From the NCBI RefSeq assembly GCF_003334355.1, contig NZ_QOWP01000030.1: a stretch of 45,643 bases of DNA. One strand, written 5' to 3'. Both the position numbers and the translations under genes were made by a program. The stretch's first letter is position 1, and each line of letters begins with the position of its first letter. Under the pieces are notes generated by a model that searched no databases, had not been told where the DNA came from, and saw only the letters and a list, made by a program, of their open reading frames with translations. The DNA is from Escherichia coli. Lineage in GTDB: Bacteria > Pseudomonadota > Gammaproteobacteria > Enterobacterales > Enterobacteriaceae. Of this stretch, positions 12,369-23,210 are shown piece after piece.

Positions 12369-12519
12369 CCTTCGCTCCCTCATTATTTTCTCTTTGGTGT
12401 ATCGATACAGCATAAAGAAAGCCGGGCCAGGAAAAAATAACAGCAATCAAGGAAAAGGGGAAAATCAGCAATTTTCTGAAAGAGATGCCCTTTCCGGCTG
12501 CAAAGGGCATCATGGCAAA

Positions 12520-13581
12520 TCAGTTATAGTTAATCTTAAAAAGCACCACTGTATCGAAGGGCCCAGCCTCGATGGGGGTACCTGCAATGGACGAAAGTTC
12601 AGCTGTATAGGTTTTTTCGTAGATCAACATGTCACTGGTGAAATCGGCGTATTCAGCATATTTATTGAAGGTATAAGGCGAGGCGTTTTCATCCAGTAAA
12701 CGTAGCTTCAGACCATTACCAATCAACAATGCTTTATCTTCTTCAACCAACGTTTCTTCGGTATAAAAGGAGGAACTAACTTTAAATCCGTCGGTGCATT
12801 GGTCATTTTGTGATTTTGTCGTCTTAATACTGAATGTTTTCGACATTGTGTGGCGACGAATATCCAGCAAATTAAATTTACCAAAATCTATCACCTGTGT
12901 TTCCGGTGAAATGGAAAAATTGACGCTGCAATCCAGCACGCGAATGTTTTCCAGACCAGTAATATGATATTTCAGGTTTTGGGCGGTAGGATCTTCGTTA
13001 ACGCTACCGGCACCGTCAAATTGCACGACGATATAGTCGCTAAGCGTACTTTGATAATCATGCGGCGGCATTTCTCGTATTTTGACGTATAACCGCATGC
13101 GAGCGAGAAAGGTACGCGACATGTGAATATTAGCGGGATCGCCCGAACAAATTTTGTTCTGCCATCCCATCGCGATGATCTGCTCAGGGGTATAAATGTC
13201 AATGTTCTTACTGTCGATACACTGGTTAGTGTCGATGCGGCTTTTTCCCTGGTTGGCGTCATAATCAACGCCATTGTAAGTTACGCCGAGTTGATAATAG
13301 CGATCCTGCACCCCCGGGTAGGGGTTTACCCAGGCGTAGACATGCTCACTTTCAAAGTTGCCGTTGGTATTGTTGTCACAATAGACGGGAATTTTAATAT
13401 CGTCAGATTCCCAAATCTTATCGCCGGGTTTGGCATTGCCTGGTACAGCAAAAGGTTGAATCACTTCTGATTTTTCTACCGAACCACCGGATGAACCAAA
13501 GTAGCAGTTCAGGGCAAGCGCAGACTTCAACGGCAGAAATAACAGACAGATGACGAGCAACACTCCCTTGCCAGCACTCAT
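12520..13581 (-). CDS. ybgO: Fimbrial adhesin-like protein, last gene of a chaperone-usher operon
   Basis: 353 aa from the ATG at 13581 ([23 protein letters not shown], signal peptide), with GGAGG 7 nt upstream. The ATG overlaps the ybgP stop (ATGA). Confidence 0.85.
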   Translation of the reverse strand: MSAGKGVLLVICLLFLPLKSALALNCYFGSSGGSVEKSEVIQPFAVPGNAKPGDKIWESDDIKIPVYCDNNTNGNFESEHVYAWVNPYPGVQDRYYQLGVTYNGVDYDANQGKSRIDTNQCIDSKNIDIYTPEQIIAMGWQNKICSGDPANIHMSRTFLARMRLYVKIREMPPHDYQSTLSDYIVVQFDGAGSVNEDPTAQNLKYHITGLENIRVLDCSVNFSISPETQVIDFGKFNLLDIRRHTMSKTFSIKTTKSQNDQCTDGFKVSSSFYTEETLVEEDKALLIGNGLKLRLLDENASPYTFNKYAEYADFTSDMLIYEKTYTAELSSIAGTPIEAGPFDTVVLFKINYN

Positions 13582-14309
13582 TTCTTCGCCTCCACGGCTT
13601 GTAAACGGCATTCTCCGCTGCAGTTGAGCGTCGTCATGCGTAACGCGCCGTAATCATCCATATAACCGAGATAAAACTGGCTGCCGCTATAACTTCCGGT
13701 GTTTGTGTTGACCGTACTAAAAGGCGCAATCATCACGGTTTTGAAGCCGGGGAAAACGCCTTTTTCATTTCTCCCCAGATAGGCAATGGTCAGATAATAC
13801 GCGGTAGGATTTTTCAGTGTCAGTTGGTTGCCCTGCTGGCTAACCTGTAACTGCAGTTCGACCTTTTCTCCTGCTTTCTTGCGTAATGCAGCCGGTCGCC
13901 AGAACACCTTGATACGACTCTGAATGGCGACTTGCAGAACGGCATGGTCGCTGTTTTTTTCCGGGGCGGGAGGAATTTCACGCATATTGTAGAAAAATAG
14001 CGTTTCGCGATCGCCCGGTAATTTCGCGGTCGAGGCTTGCTTTACTATCCGCACCTGCGTTGTTGCTTTCGGTTCCAGACGTTGTATCGGTGGCAGGGCA
14101 ACCAGAAGATCATCGCTTTTCTCCCCTTTTTCATTTTCGAGCCAGGAATAAGCGAGGTAGGGGAGTTTATCGCTACGATTATCCACGCGCAGACTGGTAG
14201 CTTTATCATTAGCGTTAAACACAATACGAGTGAGATCGGGTTGTAGTGCAGCGTGGCTGCACAGACTGGCAACCAACAACAAAAGGGGTAGTCCTTTCAT
14301 AAATGTCAT
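13578..14309 (-). CDS. ybgP: Periplasmic fimbrial chaperone (PapD-like)
   Basis: Signal peptide followed by a chaperone-like fold sequence. Start is ambiguous among ATGs at 14315, 14309 and 14300; 14309 has the best AGGA spacing. Confidence 0.82.
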   Translation of the reverse strand: MTFMKGLPLLLLVASLCSHAALQPDLTRIVFNANDKATSLRVDNRSDKLPYLAYSWLENEKGEKSDDLLVALPPIQRLEPKATTQVRIVKQASTAKLPGDRETLFFYNMREIPPAPEKNSDHAVLQVAIQSRIKVFWRPAALRKKAGEKVELQLQVSQQGNQLTLKNPTAYYLTIAYLGRNEKGVFPGFKTVMIAPFSTVNTNTGSYSGSQFYLGYMDDYGALRMTTLNCSGECRLQAVEAKK

Positions 14310-14323
14310 TTTCATTTCCTTAA

Positions 14324-16783
14324 TTAATGACAAGGTAAAATCAGGCGATTTGCGGTGTCTTCCATATGTTCAGGAAGATGGAGCGAGCAATGCTGACTAT
14401 CACCCCAGACCACGGTAAACTTTTGATTTTCAGCGACTCCGCTTAACCAGGCATGTCCTTCCTCGCCAACCATCCCCACGCTAATGCCGCTGTCATCCTG
14501 GCGGATATCCGCTCCGAGGGGAGGAAACTGACCGCTGGCGTTGCGAATGATGACGTTAACGTCTTTACCGGAACGGGAAGCCAGTGATTTGTAACCTATC
14601 GCGCCTTCAATCCACGTTTCTTTGATAACGTTTTCTGCAACTGTTACGCCGTCGGGTAAGTCATTCATGTTCACCGCCACGGTGGAAGGCTGGTAACTGG
14701 AAATCAACGGCACCACCGCAATGCCAAAATGGTTGGTGTAGTCGAGATTGCCCTGAACCGGAATATCTGCCACGCCATCGGTGCTGACCATCAGGCGTGG
14801 TTCATTGGTGGAGCTGCGGCGATGAAACGCTGCACCATATTGGGTTGCGGTGAAAGAACCGCTCCAGCTGCTGCTGACGGAACTGTAATCATTGGCGGCA
14901 TAGGTACCAGAAATATCCCACTCACCCGCTGAACTCAGGTGCTGATAGTTACCGCTCACCTGGGCTCCATTGTCAGGACGGTCGGATTGCAGTCCGGCAG
15001 ACATGCCCCAGCTATTACGTTCATCCAGCGTATCGTTCCACGACATGCGGTGTGTGGTGCTGTGGCTACTGTTTTGCATGTCATAGCCAACCCGACCACC
15101 GTTACCGAAGGGGAGCGAAATCGACAGGTAAATCTGGTTGTCGCGATCTTTATCTTCGTAATGGGTTGTATTGAATGACGTCGAAATAGAGATATCTCTC
15201 CAGTCACCAATATCAACATTAAAACCTGCCGTGATGTTGGCGGTCGTGGAGGCGTCTGCATTCCACCAGGTTTGATGTAGCAGGTTGGCGTAAAGATTGA
15301 GGTTTAGTGGGGTAATCGGTTGGCCCACAGATAAGCTGATCGTCTGTTTTTCGTCCTGCGCATCGCTGTCGTTGTATTTGTGATCCAGATAGTTGGCGTA
15401 GCTGTGAAAATGACGATCGGAGAAACGATAAGCGGCGAGGGAAATCGTGCTGTTAGTGGCATCCACTTGTTTGCTGTAATTAAAACGGTAGCTTAAGCCC
15501 CGCTCGTCCTGCTGAGTATCAAAATGGCTACTGGCCCACGTGACATCAAACGACAGCGCACCAAGCCACAGCATATTTTGCCCAATACCCATTGCGGCAG
15601 AATGGTAGTCATCACCAGAAAGCAGCAGGCCGCCGTACAGCGAGGTGTTTGACAGCATCCCCCAGGAAACTTCATTGCTAAAAAAGGTTTCATTTTCAGT
15701 TTGATGTGACATGGAGGGCCGTGGCTGACCCGCGGCCAGTTTATAGCGAACCTGTCCCTGACGAGTCAGGAAGGGCGTCGATGCTGCCGAAACCTGGAAA
15801 TTGTTCACCCGACCATCTTCTTCCGTCACTTTGACATCAAGCGTGCCCTGAACAGACTGATTGAGGTCATCAATAATAAACAGTCCCGGAGGGACTTTTT
15901 TCTGGTAAATGACGCGACCTGATTGACTGATCGTCACCGTGGCATTGGTCTGTGCAATACCGCTAATTTGTGGGGCGTATCCGCGTAGCTCCCATGGCAA
16001 CATTCGATCGTCACTCGCCAGTGCCGCGCCAGTATAAGAAAAACCATCGAAAATATTGGAACTGAAATCGGTTTCGCCGAGGGTTAATTTAGAGCCTAAT
16101 TGCGGTAATGGACGAAAAAGATAGGTGCGCGATATTCCGCCTGACTGTTCATGGCTATCTTCGCTATCGGTGTTATTAAGCTGGTAATCACTGCGTAAGC
16201 GCCATGACCCGGCGTTAATTCCGGTGGTACCGTAGGCGTTCAGGTTAGTGCTGCTGCTGCCGTCCTGTGGGCGGTAGTTGCTGGCAAACAGGTTATAATC
16301 CATCAGGACCCCGGCAACACCTTCTTTCCATGTAGAGGGGGGAGCCCAGTTTTCTGAGTGCCACGCCAGCCAGGCTTGCGGAATACTAATATTCAGTTGC
16401 TGATTGGCTTGATCGAAATTGAAGAGCATTTCAGGTCGGGAACTGAAATCAATACACCGATCTATCTGTGGCAAGGACTGACGGATATCTGGTTTTAAAC
16501 CAAATTTATCGACCAGTGAATCATTGATGCATGGAATGGTTTTGTCACCCTTTTTTTGCCAGTTGATTTTTTGCCCATTACTGATTTGGTTGTTATTCAC
16601 CGCAACGCTAACAAAATATTCACCGGGAGCAATGACTCCTTTTTCCTTTAATAATGAAATATCAATGCGGTCGCGCATTGATTTATCGAGAACATTCAGA
16701 TTAAATTCGACCGCCAATGCGCAAGGCATCGCCATGACCAGGCAGGATAGAAAAGAGAGTCGATAAATATTCACGGTGTCCAT
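14324..16783 (-). CDS. ybgQ: Outer-membrane fimbrial usher protein
   Basis: Large usher-like ORF of about 820 aa. The ATG at 16783 (MDTVNIYRLSF...) is preferred; the 833-codon track start at 16825 is a TTG placed upstream of a GC-rich hairpin. Confidence 0.85.
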   Translation of the reverse strand: MDTVNIYRLSFLSCLVMAMPCALAVEFNLNVLDKSMRDRIDISLLKEKGVIAPGEYFVSVAVNNNQISNGQKINWQKKGDKTIPCINDSLVDKFGLKPDIRQSLPQIDRCIDFSSRPEMLFNFDQANQQLNISIPQAWLAWHSENWAPPSTWKEGVAGVLMDYNLFASNYRPQDGSSSTNLNAYGTTGINAGSWRLRSDYQLNNTDSEDSHEQSGGISRTYLFRPLPQLGSKLTLGETDFSSNIFDGFSYTGAALASDDRMLPWELRGYAPQISGIAQTNATVTISQSGRVIYQKKVPPGLFIIDDLNQSVQGTLDVKVTEEDGRVNNFQVSAASTPFLTRQGQVRYKLAAGQPRPSMSHQTENETFFSNEVSWGMLSNTSLYGGLLLSGDDYHSAAMGIGQNMLWLGALSFDVTWASSHFDTQQDERGLSYRFNYSKQVDATNSTISLAAYRFSDRHFHSYANYLDHKYNDSDAQDEKQTISLSVGQPITPLNLNLYANLLHQTWWNADASTTANITAGFNVDIGDWRDISISTSFNTTHYEDKDRDNQIYLSISLPFGNGGRVGYDMQNSSHSTTHRMSWNDTLDERNSWGMSAGLQSDRPDNGAQVSGNYQHLSSAGEWDISGTYAANDYSSVSSSWSGSFTATQYGAAFHRRSSTNEPRLMVSTDGVADIPVQGNLDYTNHFGIAVVPLISSYQPSTVAVNMNDLPDGVTVAENVIKETWIEGAIGYKSLASRSGKDVNVIIRNASGQFPPLGADIRQDDSGISVGMVGEEGHAWLSGVAENQKFTVVWGDSQHCSLHLPEHMEDTANRLILPCH

Positions 16784-16833
16784 ACCTGATAAATATTTGA
16801 AGAAAGGCGGCGATAGCGCCGCCAAAGTAATAC

Positions 16834-17400
16834 TTATTTATAATCCAGCACGTAGGTCGCATTCGCTGTAACTGCGCCTGGCGTTACAGGTGTAGCCTGA
16901 TCAATTTGTTCCATCCAGGCAAAGAAATTCAGCGTTTGTTCGCTGGAGGTCGGAGCCAGGTCGATATCTGGAGTAGCGGTGCCTAAAACGATATTGCTTT
17001 GATCTTTATTCATTAAACGTACGCCGACGCCGGTGGCTTCACCCGTGCTGGTGTTGTTGAGAATCGGATCTGCGCCGGTGGTTTTCGCTGAGCTATCAAA
17101 GGTGACTGCAACTTTAGAAATCTTGCCACCGGAACCGTTGCTGGAGTTTTCCAGATCACAGTTGACTAAGCGCAGGTCGACAGCAACGGCATCGCTGTGA
17201 TGTGACTGATTAATGTGGCTGGTGGTCACCTGACCGAGTTCAACCTCTTTATCAATATCATCCTGATGTATTTCACACGGTGCTTCAATAACTTCACCTT
17301 TAAAGTGAATTTCACCGGATCCTTCATCAGCTGCATAAACAGGTGCAGTGAATAGCAGAGATATGGCCAGAGCGGTCAATGTTTTTTGTCCTTTAAACAT
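16834..17400 (-). CDS. ybgD: Fimbrial major subunit-like protein
   Basis: 188 aa from the ATG at 17400 (MFKGQKTLTALAISLLFTAPVYA, signal peptide), with AAGGA 8 nt upstream. First gene of the ybgD-Q-P-O operon. Confidence 0.88.
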   Translation of the reverse strand: MFKGQKTLTALAISLLFTAPVYAADEGSGEIHFKGEVIEAPCEIHQDDIDKEVELGQVTTSHINQSHHSDAVAVDLRLVNCDLENSSNGSGGKISKVAVTFDSSAKTTGADPILNNTSTGEATGVGVRLMNKDQSNIVLGTATPDIDLAPTSSEQTLNFFAWMEQIDQATPVTPGAVTANATYVLDYK

Positions 17401-17727
17401 AACTGAGTCCTTTAAATAATGAGATAGAGTGTTGCGTGGCAAGAATATATAAAATGACAATTGAATGTATTTGGTTTTATTTAATAATATTAAAAAGCTT
17501 GTGATATAAAGAATGGAATAATTGAGTGCATAAATTTATTGTTTAATGAGATGAAGGATGGGGTGGGATGGATATGCATAATTTTCATTGGGTTAACAAT
17601 GTTACCGGCAGGGAAGTATAAAAATAAACTTATCATTCTGCTCAGTATGTGACTTGTCTCATTTTTTCACCTTATTAATGGGTATTTGCATCTGGTTTAA
17701 TTTTTACAATTTTTTATGTTCAGCCAT

Positions 17728-17759
17728 ATAAAAAAGAACCCGCTCTATTAAAGGCGGGT
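17728..17759 (-). terminator. Putative intrinsic terminator downstream of gltA
   Basis: On the minus strand: ACCCGC stem, 10-nt loop, GCGGGT, then UCUUUUUU. Lies 30 nt past the gltA stop. Confidence 0.5.
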
Positions 17760-17789
17760 CCGGAAAGTAAACGGCTTAGCAATCAATCA

Positions 17790-19073
17790 TTAACGCTTGA
17801 TATCGCTTTTAAAGTCGCGTTTTTCATATCCTGTATACAGCTGACGCGGACGGGCAATCTTCATACCGTCACTGTGCATCTCGCTCCAGTGGGCGATCCA
17901 GCCAACGGTACGTGCCATTGCGAAAATGACGGTGAACATGGAAGACGGAATACCCATCGCTTTCAGGATGATACCAGAGTAGAAATCGACGTTCGGGTAC
18001 AGTTTCTTCTCGATAAAGTACGGGTCGTTCAGCGCGATGTTTTCCAGCTCCATAGCCACTTCCAGCAGGTCATCCTTCGTGCCCAGCTCTTTCAGCACTT
18101 CATGGCAGGTTTCACGCATTACGGTGGCGCGCGGGTCGTAATTTTTGTACACGCGGTGACCGAAGCCCATCAGGCGGAAAGAATCATTTTTATCTTTCGC
18201 ACGACGAACAAATTCCGGAATGTGTTTAACGGAGCTGATTTCTTCCAGCATTTTCAGCGCTGCTTCGTTAGCACCACCGTGCGCAGGTCCCCACAGTGAA
18301 GCAATACCTGCTGCGATACAGGCAAACGGGTTCGCACCCGAAGAGCCAGCGGTACGCACGGTGGAGGTGGAGGCGTTCTGTTCATGGTCAGCGTGCAGGA
18401 TCAAAATACGGTCCATAGCACGTTCCAGAATCGGATTAACTTCATACGGTTCGCACGGCGTAGAGAACATCATATTCAGGAAGTTACCGGCGTAGGAGAG
18501 ATCGTTGCGCGGGTAAACAAATGGCTGACCAATGGAATACTTGTAACACATCGCTGCCATGGTCGGCATTTTCGACAGCAGGCGGAACGCGGCAATTTCA
18601 CGATGACGAGGATTGTTAACATCCAGCGAGTCGTGATAGAACGCCGCCAGCGCGCCGGTAATACCACACATGACTGCCATTGGATGTGAGTCGCGACGGA
18701 AAGCGTGGAACAGACGGGTAATCTGCTCGTGGATCATGGTATGACGGGTCACCGTAGTTTTAAATTCGTCATACTGTTCCTGAGTCGGTTTTTCACCATT
18801 CAGCAGGATGTAACAAACTTCCAGGTAGTTAGAATCGGTCGCCAGCTGATCGATCGGGAAACCGCGGTGCAGCAAAATACCTTCATCACCATCAATAAAA
18901 GTAATTTTAGATTCGCAGGATGCGGTTGAAGTGAAGCCAGGGTCAAAGGTGAACACACCTTTTGAACCGAGAGTACGGATATCAATAACATCTTGACCCA
19001 GCGTGCCTTTCAGCACATCCAGTTCAACAGCTGTGTCCCCGTTGAGGGTGAGTTTTGCTTTTGTATCAGCCAT
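17790..19073 (-). CDS. gltA: Citrate synthase (type II)
   Basis: 427-aa ORF; translation recognised as E. coli citrate synthase. Confidence 0.97.
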   Translation of the reverse strand: MADTKAKLTLNGDTAVELDVLKGTLGQDVIDIRTLGSKGVFTFDPGFTSTASCESKITFIDGDEGILLHRGFPIDQLATDSNYLEVCYILLNGEKPTQEQYDEFKTTVTRHTMIHEQITRLFHAFRRDSHPMAVMCGITGALAAFYHDSLDVNNPRHREIAAFRLLSKMPTMAAMCYKYSIGQPFVYPRNDLSYAGNFLNMMFSTPCEPYEVNPILERAMDRILILHADHEQNASTSTVRTAGSSGANPFACIAAGIASLWGPAHGGANEAALKMLEEISSVKHIPEFVRRAKDKNDSFRLMGFGHRVYKNYDPRATVMRETCHEVLKELGTKDDLLEVAMELENIALNDPYFIEKKLYPNVDFYSGIILKAMGIPSSMFTVIFAMARTVGWIAHWSEMHSDGMKIARPRQLYTGYEKRDFKSDIKR

Positions 19074-19524
19074 TTAAGGTCTCCTTAGCGCCTTATTGCG
19101 TAAGACTGCCGGAACTTAAATTTGCCTTCGCACATCAACCTGGCTTTACCCGTTTGTTATTTGGCTCGCCGCTCTGTGAAAGAGGGGAAAACCTGGGTAC
19201 AGAGCTCTGGGCGCTTGCAGGTAAAGGATCCATTGATGACGAATAAATGGCGAATCAAGTACTTAGCAATCCGAATTATTAAACTTGTCTACCACTAATA
19301 ACTGTCCCGAATGAATTGGTCAATACTTCCACACTGTTACATAAGTTAATCTTAGGTGAAATACCGACTTCATAACTTTTACGCATTATATGCTTTTCCT
19401 GGTAATGTTTGTAACAACTTTGTTGAATGATTGTCAAATTAGATGATTAAAAATTAAATAAATGTTGTTATCGTGACCTAGATCACTGTTCAGGATAAAA
19501 CCCGACAAACTATATGTAGGTTAA

Positions 19525-19553
19525 TTGTAATGATTTTGTGAACGGCCTATACT
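19525..19553 (+). promoter_or_regulatory. Candidate sdhC sigma-70 promoter: -35 TTGTAA (19525..19530), 17-nt spacer, -10 TATACT (19548..19553)
   Basis: Hexamers read directly from the sequence. The predicted start site near 19560 would give a leader of about 220 nt, consistent with the long sRNA-targeted sdhC leader I recall. Confidence 0.5.
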
Positions 19554-19781
19554 GCCGCCAGGTCTCCGGAACACCCTGCAATCCCGAGCCACCCAGCGTT
19601 GTAACGTGTCGTTTTCGCATCTGGAAGCAGTGTTTTGCATGACGCGCAGTTATAGAAAGGACGCTGTCTGACCCGCAAGCAGACCGGAGGAAGGAAATCC
19701 CGACGTCTCCAGGTAACAGAAAGTTAACCTCTGTGCCCGTAGTCCCCAGGGAATAATAAGAACAGCATGTGGGCGTTATTC

Positions 19782-20171
19782 ATGATAAGAAATGTGAAAA
19801 AACAAAGACCTGTTAATCTGGACCTACAGACCATCCGGTTCCCCATCACGGCGATAGCGTCCATTCTCCATCGCGTTTCCGGTGTGATCACCTTTGTTGC
19901 AGTGGGCATCCTGCTGTGGCTTCTGGGTACCAGCCTCTCTTCCCCTGAAGGTTTCGAGCAAGCTTCCGCGATTATGGGCAGCTTCTTCGTCAAATTTATC
20001 ATGTGGGGCATCCTTACCGCTCTGGCGTATCACGTCGTCGTAGGTATTCGCCACATGATGATGGATTTTGGCTATCTGGAAGAAACATTCGAAGCGGGTA
20101 AACGCTCCGCCAAAATCTCCTTTGTTATTACTGTCGTGCTTTCACTTCTCGCAGGAGTCCTCGTATGGTAA
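19782..20171 (+). CDS. sdhC: Succinate dehydrogenase cytochrome b556 large membrane subunit
   Basis: 129 aa from the ATG at 19782 ([15 protein letters not shown]...). The track ORF begins 5 codons upstream. Confidence 0.93.
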
Positions 20172-20512
20172 GCAACGCCTCCGCATTAGGACGCAATGGC
20201 GTACATGATTTCATCCTCGTTCGCGCTACCGCTATCGTCCTGACGCTCTACATCATTTATATGGTCGGTTTTTTCGCTACCAGTGGCGAGCTGACATATG
20301 AAGTCTGGATCGGTTTCTTCGCCTCTGCGTTCACCAAAGTGTTCACCCTGCTGGCGCTGTTTTCTATCTTGATCCATGCCTGGATCGGCATGTGGCAGGT
20401 GTTGACCGACTACGTTAAACCGCTGGCTTTGCGCCTGATGCTGCAACTGGTGATTGTCGTTGCACTGGTGGTTTACGTGATTTATGGATTCGTTGTGGTG
20501 TGGGGTGTGTGA
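20165..20512 (+). CDS. sdhD: Succinate dehydrogenase hydrophobic membrane anchor subunit
   Basis: 115-aa ORF overlapping sdhC by 7 nt; its stop TGA overlaps the sdhA ATG. Confidence 0.95.
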
Positions 20513-22278
20513 TGAAATTGCCAGTCAGAGAATTTGATGCAGTTGTGATTGGTGCCGGCGGCGCAGGTATGCGCGCGGCGCTGCAAATTTCCCAGAGCGG
20601 CCAGACCTGTGCGCTGCTCTCTAAAGTCTTCCCGACCCGTTCCCATACCGTTTCTGCGCAAGGCGGCATTACCGTTGCGCTGGGTAATACCCATGAAGAT
20701 AACTGGGAATGGCATATGTACGACACCGTAAAAGGGTCGGACTATATCGGTGACCAGGACGCGATTGAATATATGTGTAAAACCGGGCCGGAAGCGATTC
20801 TGGAACTCGAACACATGGGCCTGCCGTTCTCGCGTCTTGATGATGGTCGTATCTATCAACGTCCGTTTGGCGGTCAGTCGAAAAACTTCGGCGGCGAGCA
20901 GGCGGCACGCACTGCGGCAGCGGCTGACCGTACCGGTCACGCACTGTTGCACACGCTTTATCAGCAGAACCTGAAAAACCACACCACCATTTTCTCCGAG
21001 TGGTATGCGCTGGATCTGGTGAAAAACCAGGATGGCGCGGTGGTGGGTTGTACCGCACTGTGCATCGAAACCGGTGAAGTGGTTTATTTCAAAGCCCGCG
21101 CTACCGTGCTGGCGACTGGCGGGGCAGGGCGTATTTATCAGTCCACCACTAACGCCCACATTAACACTGGCGACGGTGTCGGCATGGCTATCCGCGCAGG
21201 CGTACCGGTGCAGGATATGGAAATGTGGCAATTCCACCCGACCGGCATTGCCGGTGCGGGCGTACTGGTCACCGAAGGTTGCCGTGGTGAAGGCGGTTAT
21301 CTGCTGAACAAACATGGCGAACGCTTTATGGAGCGTTATGCGCCGAACGCCAAAGACCTGGCGGGCCGTGATGTGGTGGCGCGTTCCATCATGATTGAAA
21401 TCCGTGAAGGTCGCGGCTGTGATGGTCCGTGGGGGCCACACGCGAAACTGAAACTCGATCACCTGGGTAAAGAAGTTCTCGAATCCCGTTTGCCGGGTAT
21501 CCTGGAGCTTTCCCGTACCTTCGCTCACGTTGATCCGGTGAAAGAGCCGATTCCGGTTATCCCAACCTGTCACTACATGATGGGCGGTATTCCGACCAAA
21601 GTGACCGGTCAGGCGCTGACTGTGAATGAGAAAGGCGAAGATGTGGTTGTTCCGGGGCTGTTCGCGGTAGGTGAAATTGCCTGCGTATCGGTACACGGTG
21701 CTAACCGTCTGGGCGGTAACTCGCTGCTGGACCTGGTGGTCTTTGGTCGCGCAGCGGGTCTGCATCTGCAAGAGTCTATCGCCGAGCAGGGCGCATTGCG
21801 CGATGCCAGCGAGTCTGATGTTGAAGCATCTCTGGATCGTCTGAACCGCTGGAACAATAATCGTAACGGTGAAGATCCGGTGGCGATTCGTAAAGCGCTG
21901 CAAGAATGTATGCAGCATAACTTCTCGGTCTTCCGTGAAGGTGATGCGATGGCGAAAGGGCTTGAGCAGTTGAAAGTTATCCGCGAGCGTCTGAAAAATG
22001 CCCGTCTGGATGACACTTCCAGCGAGTTCAACACCCAGCGCGTTGAGTGCCTGGAACTGGATAACCTGATGGAAACGGCGTATGCAACGGCTGTTTCTGC
22101 CAACTTCCGTACCGAAAGCCGTGGCGCGCATAGCCGCTTCGACTTCCCGGATCGTGATGATGAAAACTGGCTGTGCCACTCCCTGTATCTGCCAGAGTCG
22201 GAATCCATGACGCGCCGAAGCGTCAACATGGAACCGAAACTGCGCCCGGCATTCCCGCCGAAGATTCGTACTTACTAA
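20512..22278 (+). CDS. sdhA: Succinate dehydrogenase flavoprotein subunit
   Basis: 588 aa from [24 protein letters not shown] (FAD-binding GxGxxG motif). Confidence 0.97.
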   Translation: MKLPVREFDAVVIGAGGAGMRAALQISQSGQTCALLSKVFPTRSHTVSAQGGITVALGNTHEDNWEWHMYDTVKGSDYIGDQDAIEYMCKTGPEAILELEHMGLPFSRLDDGRIYQRPFGGQSKNFGGEQAARTAAAADRTGHALLHTLYQQNLKNHTTIFSEWYALDLVKNQDGAVVGCTALCIETGEVVYFKARATVLATGGAGRIYQSTTNAHINTGDGVGMAIRAGVPVQDMEMWQFHPTGIAGAGVLVTEGCRGEGGYLLNKHGERFMERYAPNAKDLAGRDVVARSIMIEIREGRGCDGPWGPHAKLKLDHLGKEVLESRLPGILELSRTFAHVDPVKEPIPVIPTCHYMMGGIPTKVTGQALTVNEKGEDVVVPGLFAVGEIACVSVHGANRLGGNSLLDLVVFGRAAGLHLQESIAEQGALRDASESDVEASLDRLNRWNNNRNGEDPVAIRKALQECMQHNFSVFREGDAMAKGLEQLKVIRERLKNARLDDTSSEFNTQRVECLELDNLMETAYATAVSANFRTESRGAHSRFDFPDRDDENWLCHSLYLPESESMTRRSVNMEPKLRPAFPPKIRTY

Positions 22279-22293
22279 TGCGGAGACAGGAAA

Positions 22294-23010
22294 ATGAGAC
22301 TCGAGTTTTCAATTTATCGCTATAACCCGGATGTTGATGATGCTCCGCGTATGCAGGATTACACCCTGGAAGCGGAAGAAGGTCGCGACATGATGTTGCT
22401 GGATGCGCTTATCCAGCTGAAAGAGAAAGATCCCAGCCTGTCGTTCCGCCGCTCCTGCCGTGAAGGTGTGTGCGGTTCCGACGGTCTGAACATGAACGGC
22501 AAGAATGGTCTGGCCTGTATTACCCCGATTTCGGCACTCAACCAGCCGGGCAAGAAGATTGTGATTCGCCCGCTGCCAGGTTTACCGGTGATCCGCGATT
22601 TGGTGGTAGACATGGGACAATTCTATGCGCAATATGAGAAAATTAAGCCTTACCTGTTGAATAATGGACAAAATCCGCCAGCTCGCGAGCATTTACAGAT
22701 GCCAGAGCAGCGCGAAAAACTCGACGGGCTGTATGAATGTATTCTCTGCGCATGTTGTTCAACCTCTTGTCCGTCTTTCTGGTGGAATCCCGATAAGTTT
22801 ATCGGCCCGGCAGGCTTGTTAGCGGCATATCGTTTCCTGATCGATAGCCGTGATACCGAGACTGACAGCCGCCTCGACGGTTTGAGCGATGCATTCAGTG
22901 TATTCCGCTGTCACAGCATCATGAACTGCGTCAGTGTATGTCCGAAGGGGCTGAACCCGACGCGCGCCATCGGCCATATCAAGTCGATGTTGTTGCAACG
23001 TAATGCGTAA
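22294..23010 (+). CDS. sdhB: Succinate dehydrogenase iron-sulfur subunit
   Basis: 238-aa ORF with cysteine clusters CRxGxCGSDG and CILCACCSTSCP. Confidence 0.97.
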   Translation: MRLEFSIYRYNPDVDDAPRMQDYTLEAEEGRDMMLLDALIQLKEKDPSLSFRRSCREGVCGSDGLNMNGKNGLACITPISALNQPGKKIVIRPLPGLPVIRDLVVDMGQFYAQYEKIKPYLLNNGQNPPAREHLQMPEQREKLDGLYECILCACCSTSCPSFWWNPDKFIGPAGLLAAYRFLIDSRDTETDSRLDGLSDAFSVFRCHSIMNCVSVCPKGLNPTRAIGHIKSMLLQRNA

Positions 23011-23210
23011 TTAAATGTTGATGCCGGGGAAATCCCCCGGCTATTCAGGAAATCTTTAAAAACTGCCCCTGACACTAAGACAGTTTTTAAAGGTTCCTTC
23101 GCGAGCCACTACGTAGACAAGAGCTCGCAAGTGAACCCCGGCACGCACATCACTGTGCGTGGTAGTATCCACGGCGAAGTAAGCATAAAAAAGATGCTTA
23201 AGGGATCACG

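Noticed and set aside
12247-12513. 88-codon minus-strand ORF starting in the abrB-ybgO spacer with a hydrophobic stretch
   Set aside because: Its start overlaps the ybgO terminator hairpin (12485..12511) and it runs 120 nt into abrB in another frame. No ribosome-binding site. Kept only as a low-priority candidate for ribosome-profiling data.
12079-12699. 206-codon plus-strand ORF spanning the abrB start, the abrB-ybgO spacer and the ybgO 3' end
   Set aside because: It crosses a terminator hairpin and two real genes on the opposite strand; composition is not protein-like.
16834-17460. N-terminally extended track ORFs for ybgD (208 codons), ybgO (363), ybgQ (833), abrB (374), sdhC (134), sdhA (592), tolB (431), pal (181) and cydA (523)
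   Set aside because: The longest ORF uses upstream or alternative start codons without ribosome-binding sites. Internal ATGs with good Shine-Dalgarno spacing and signal peptides beginning at the internal Met give the lengths I recall for these proteins.
20482-22179. 565-codon ORF on the minus strand
   Set aside because: Antisense to sdhA. His/Arg/Thr-rich nonsense composition; an artefact of sdhA codon usage.
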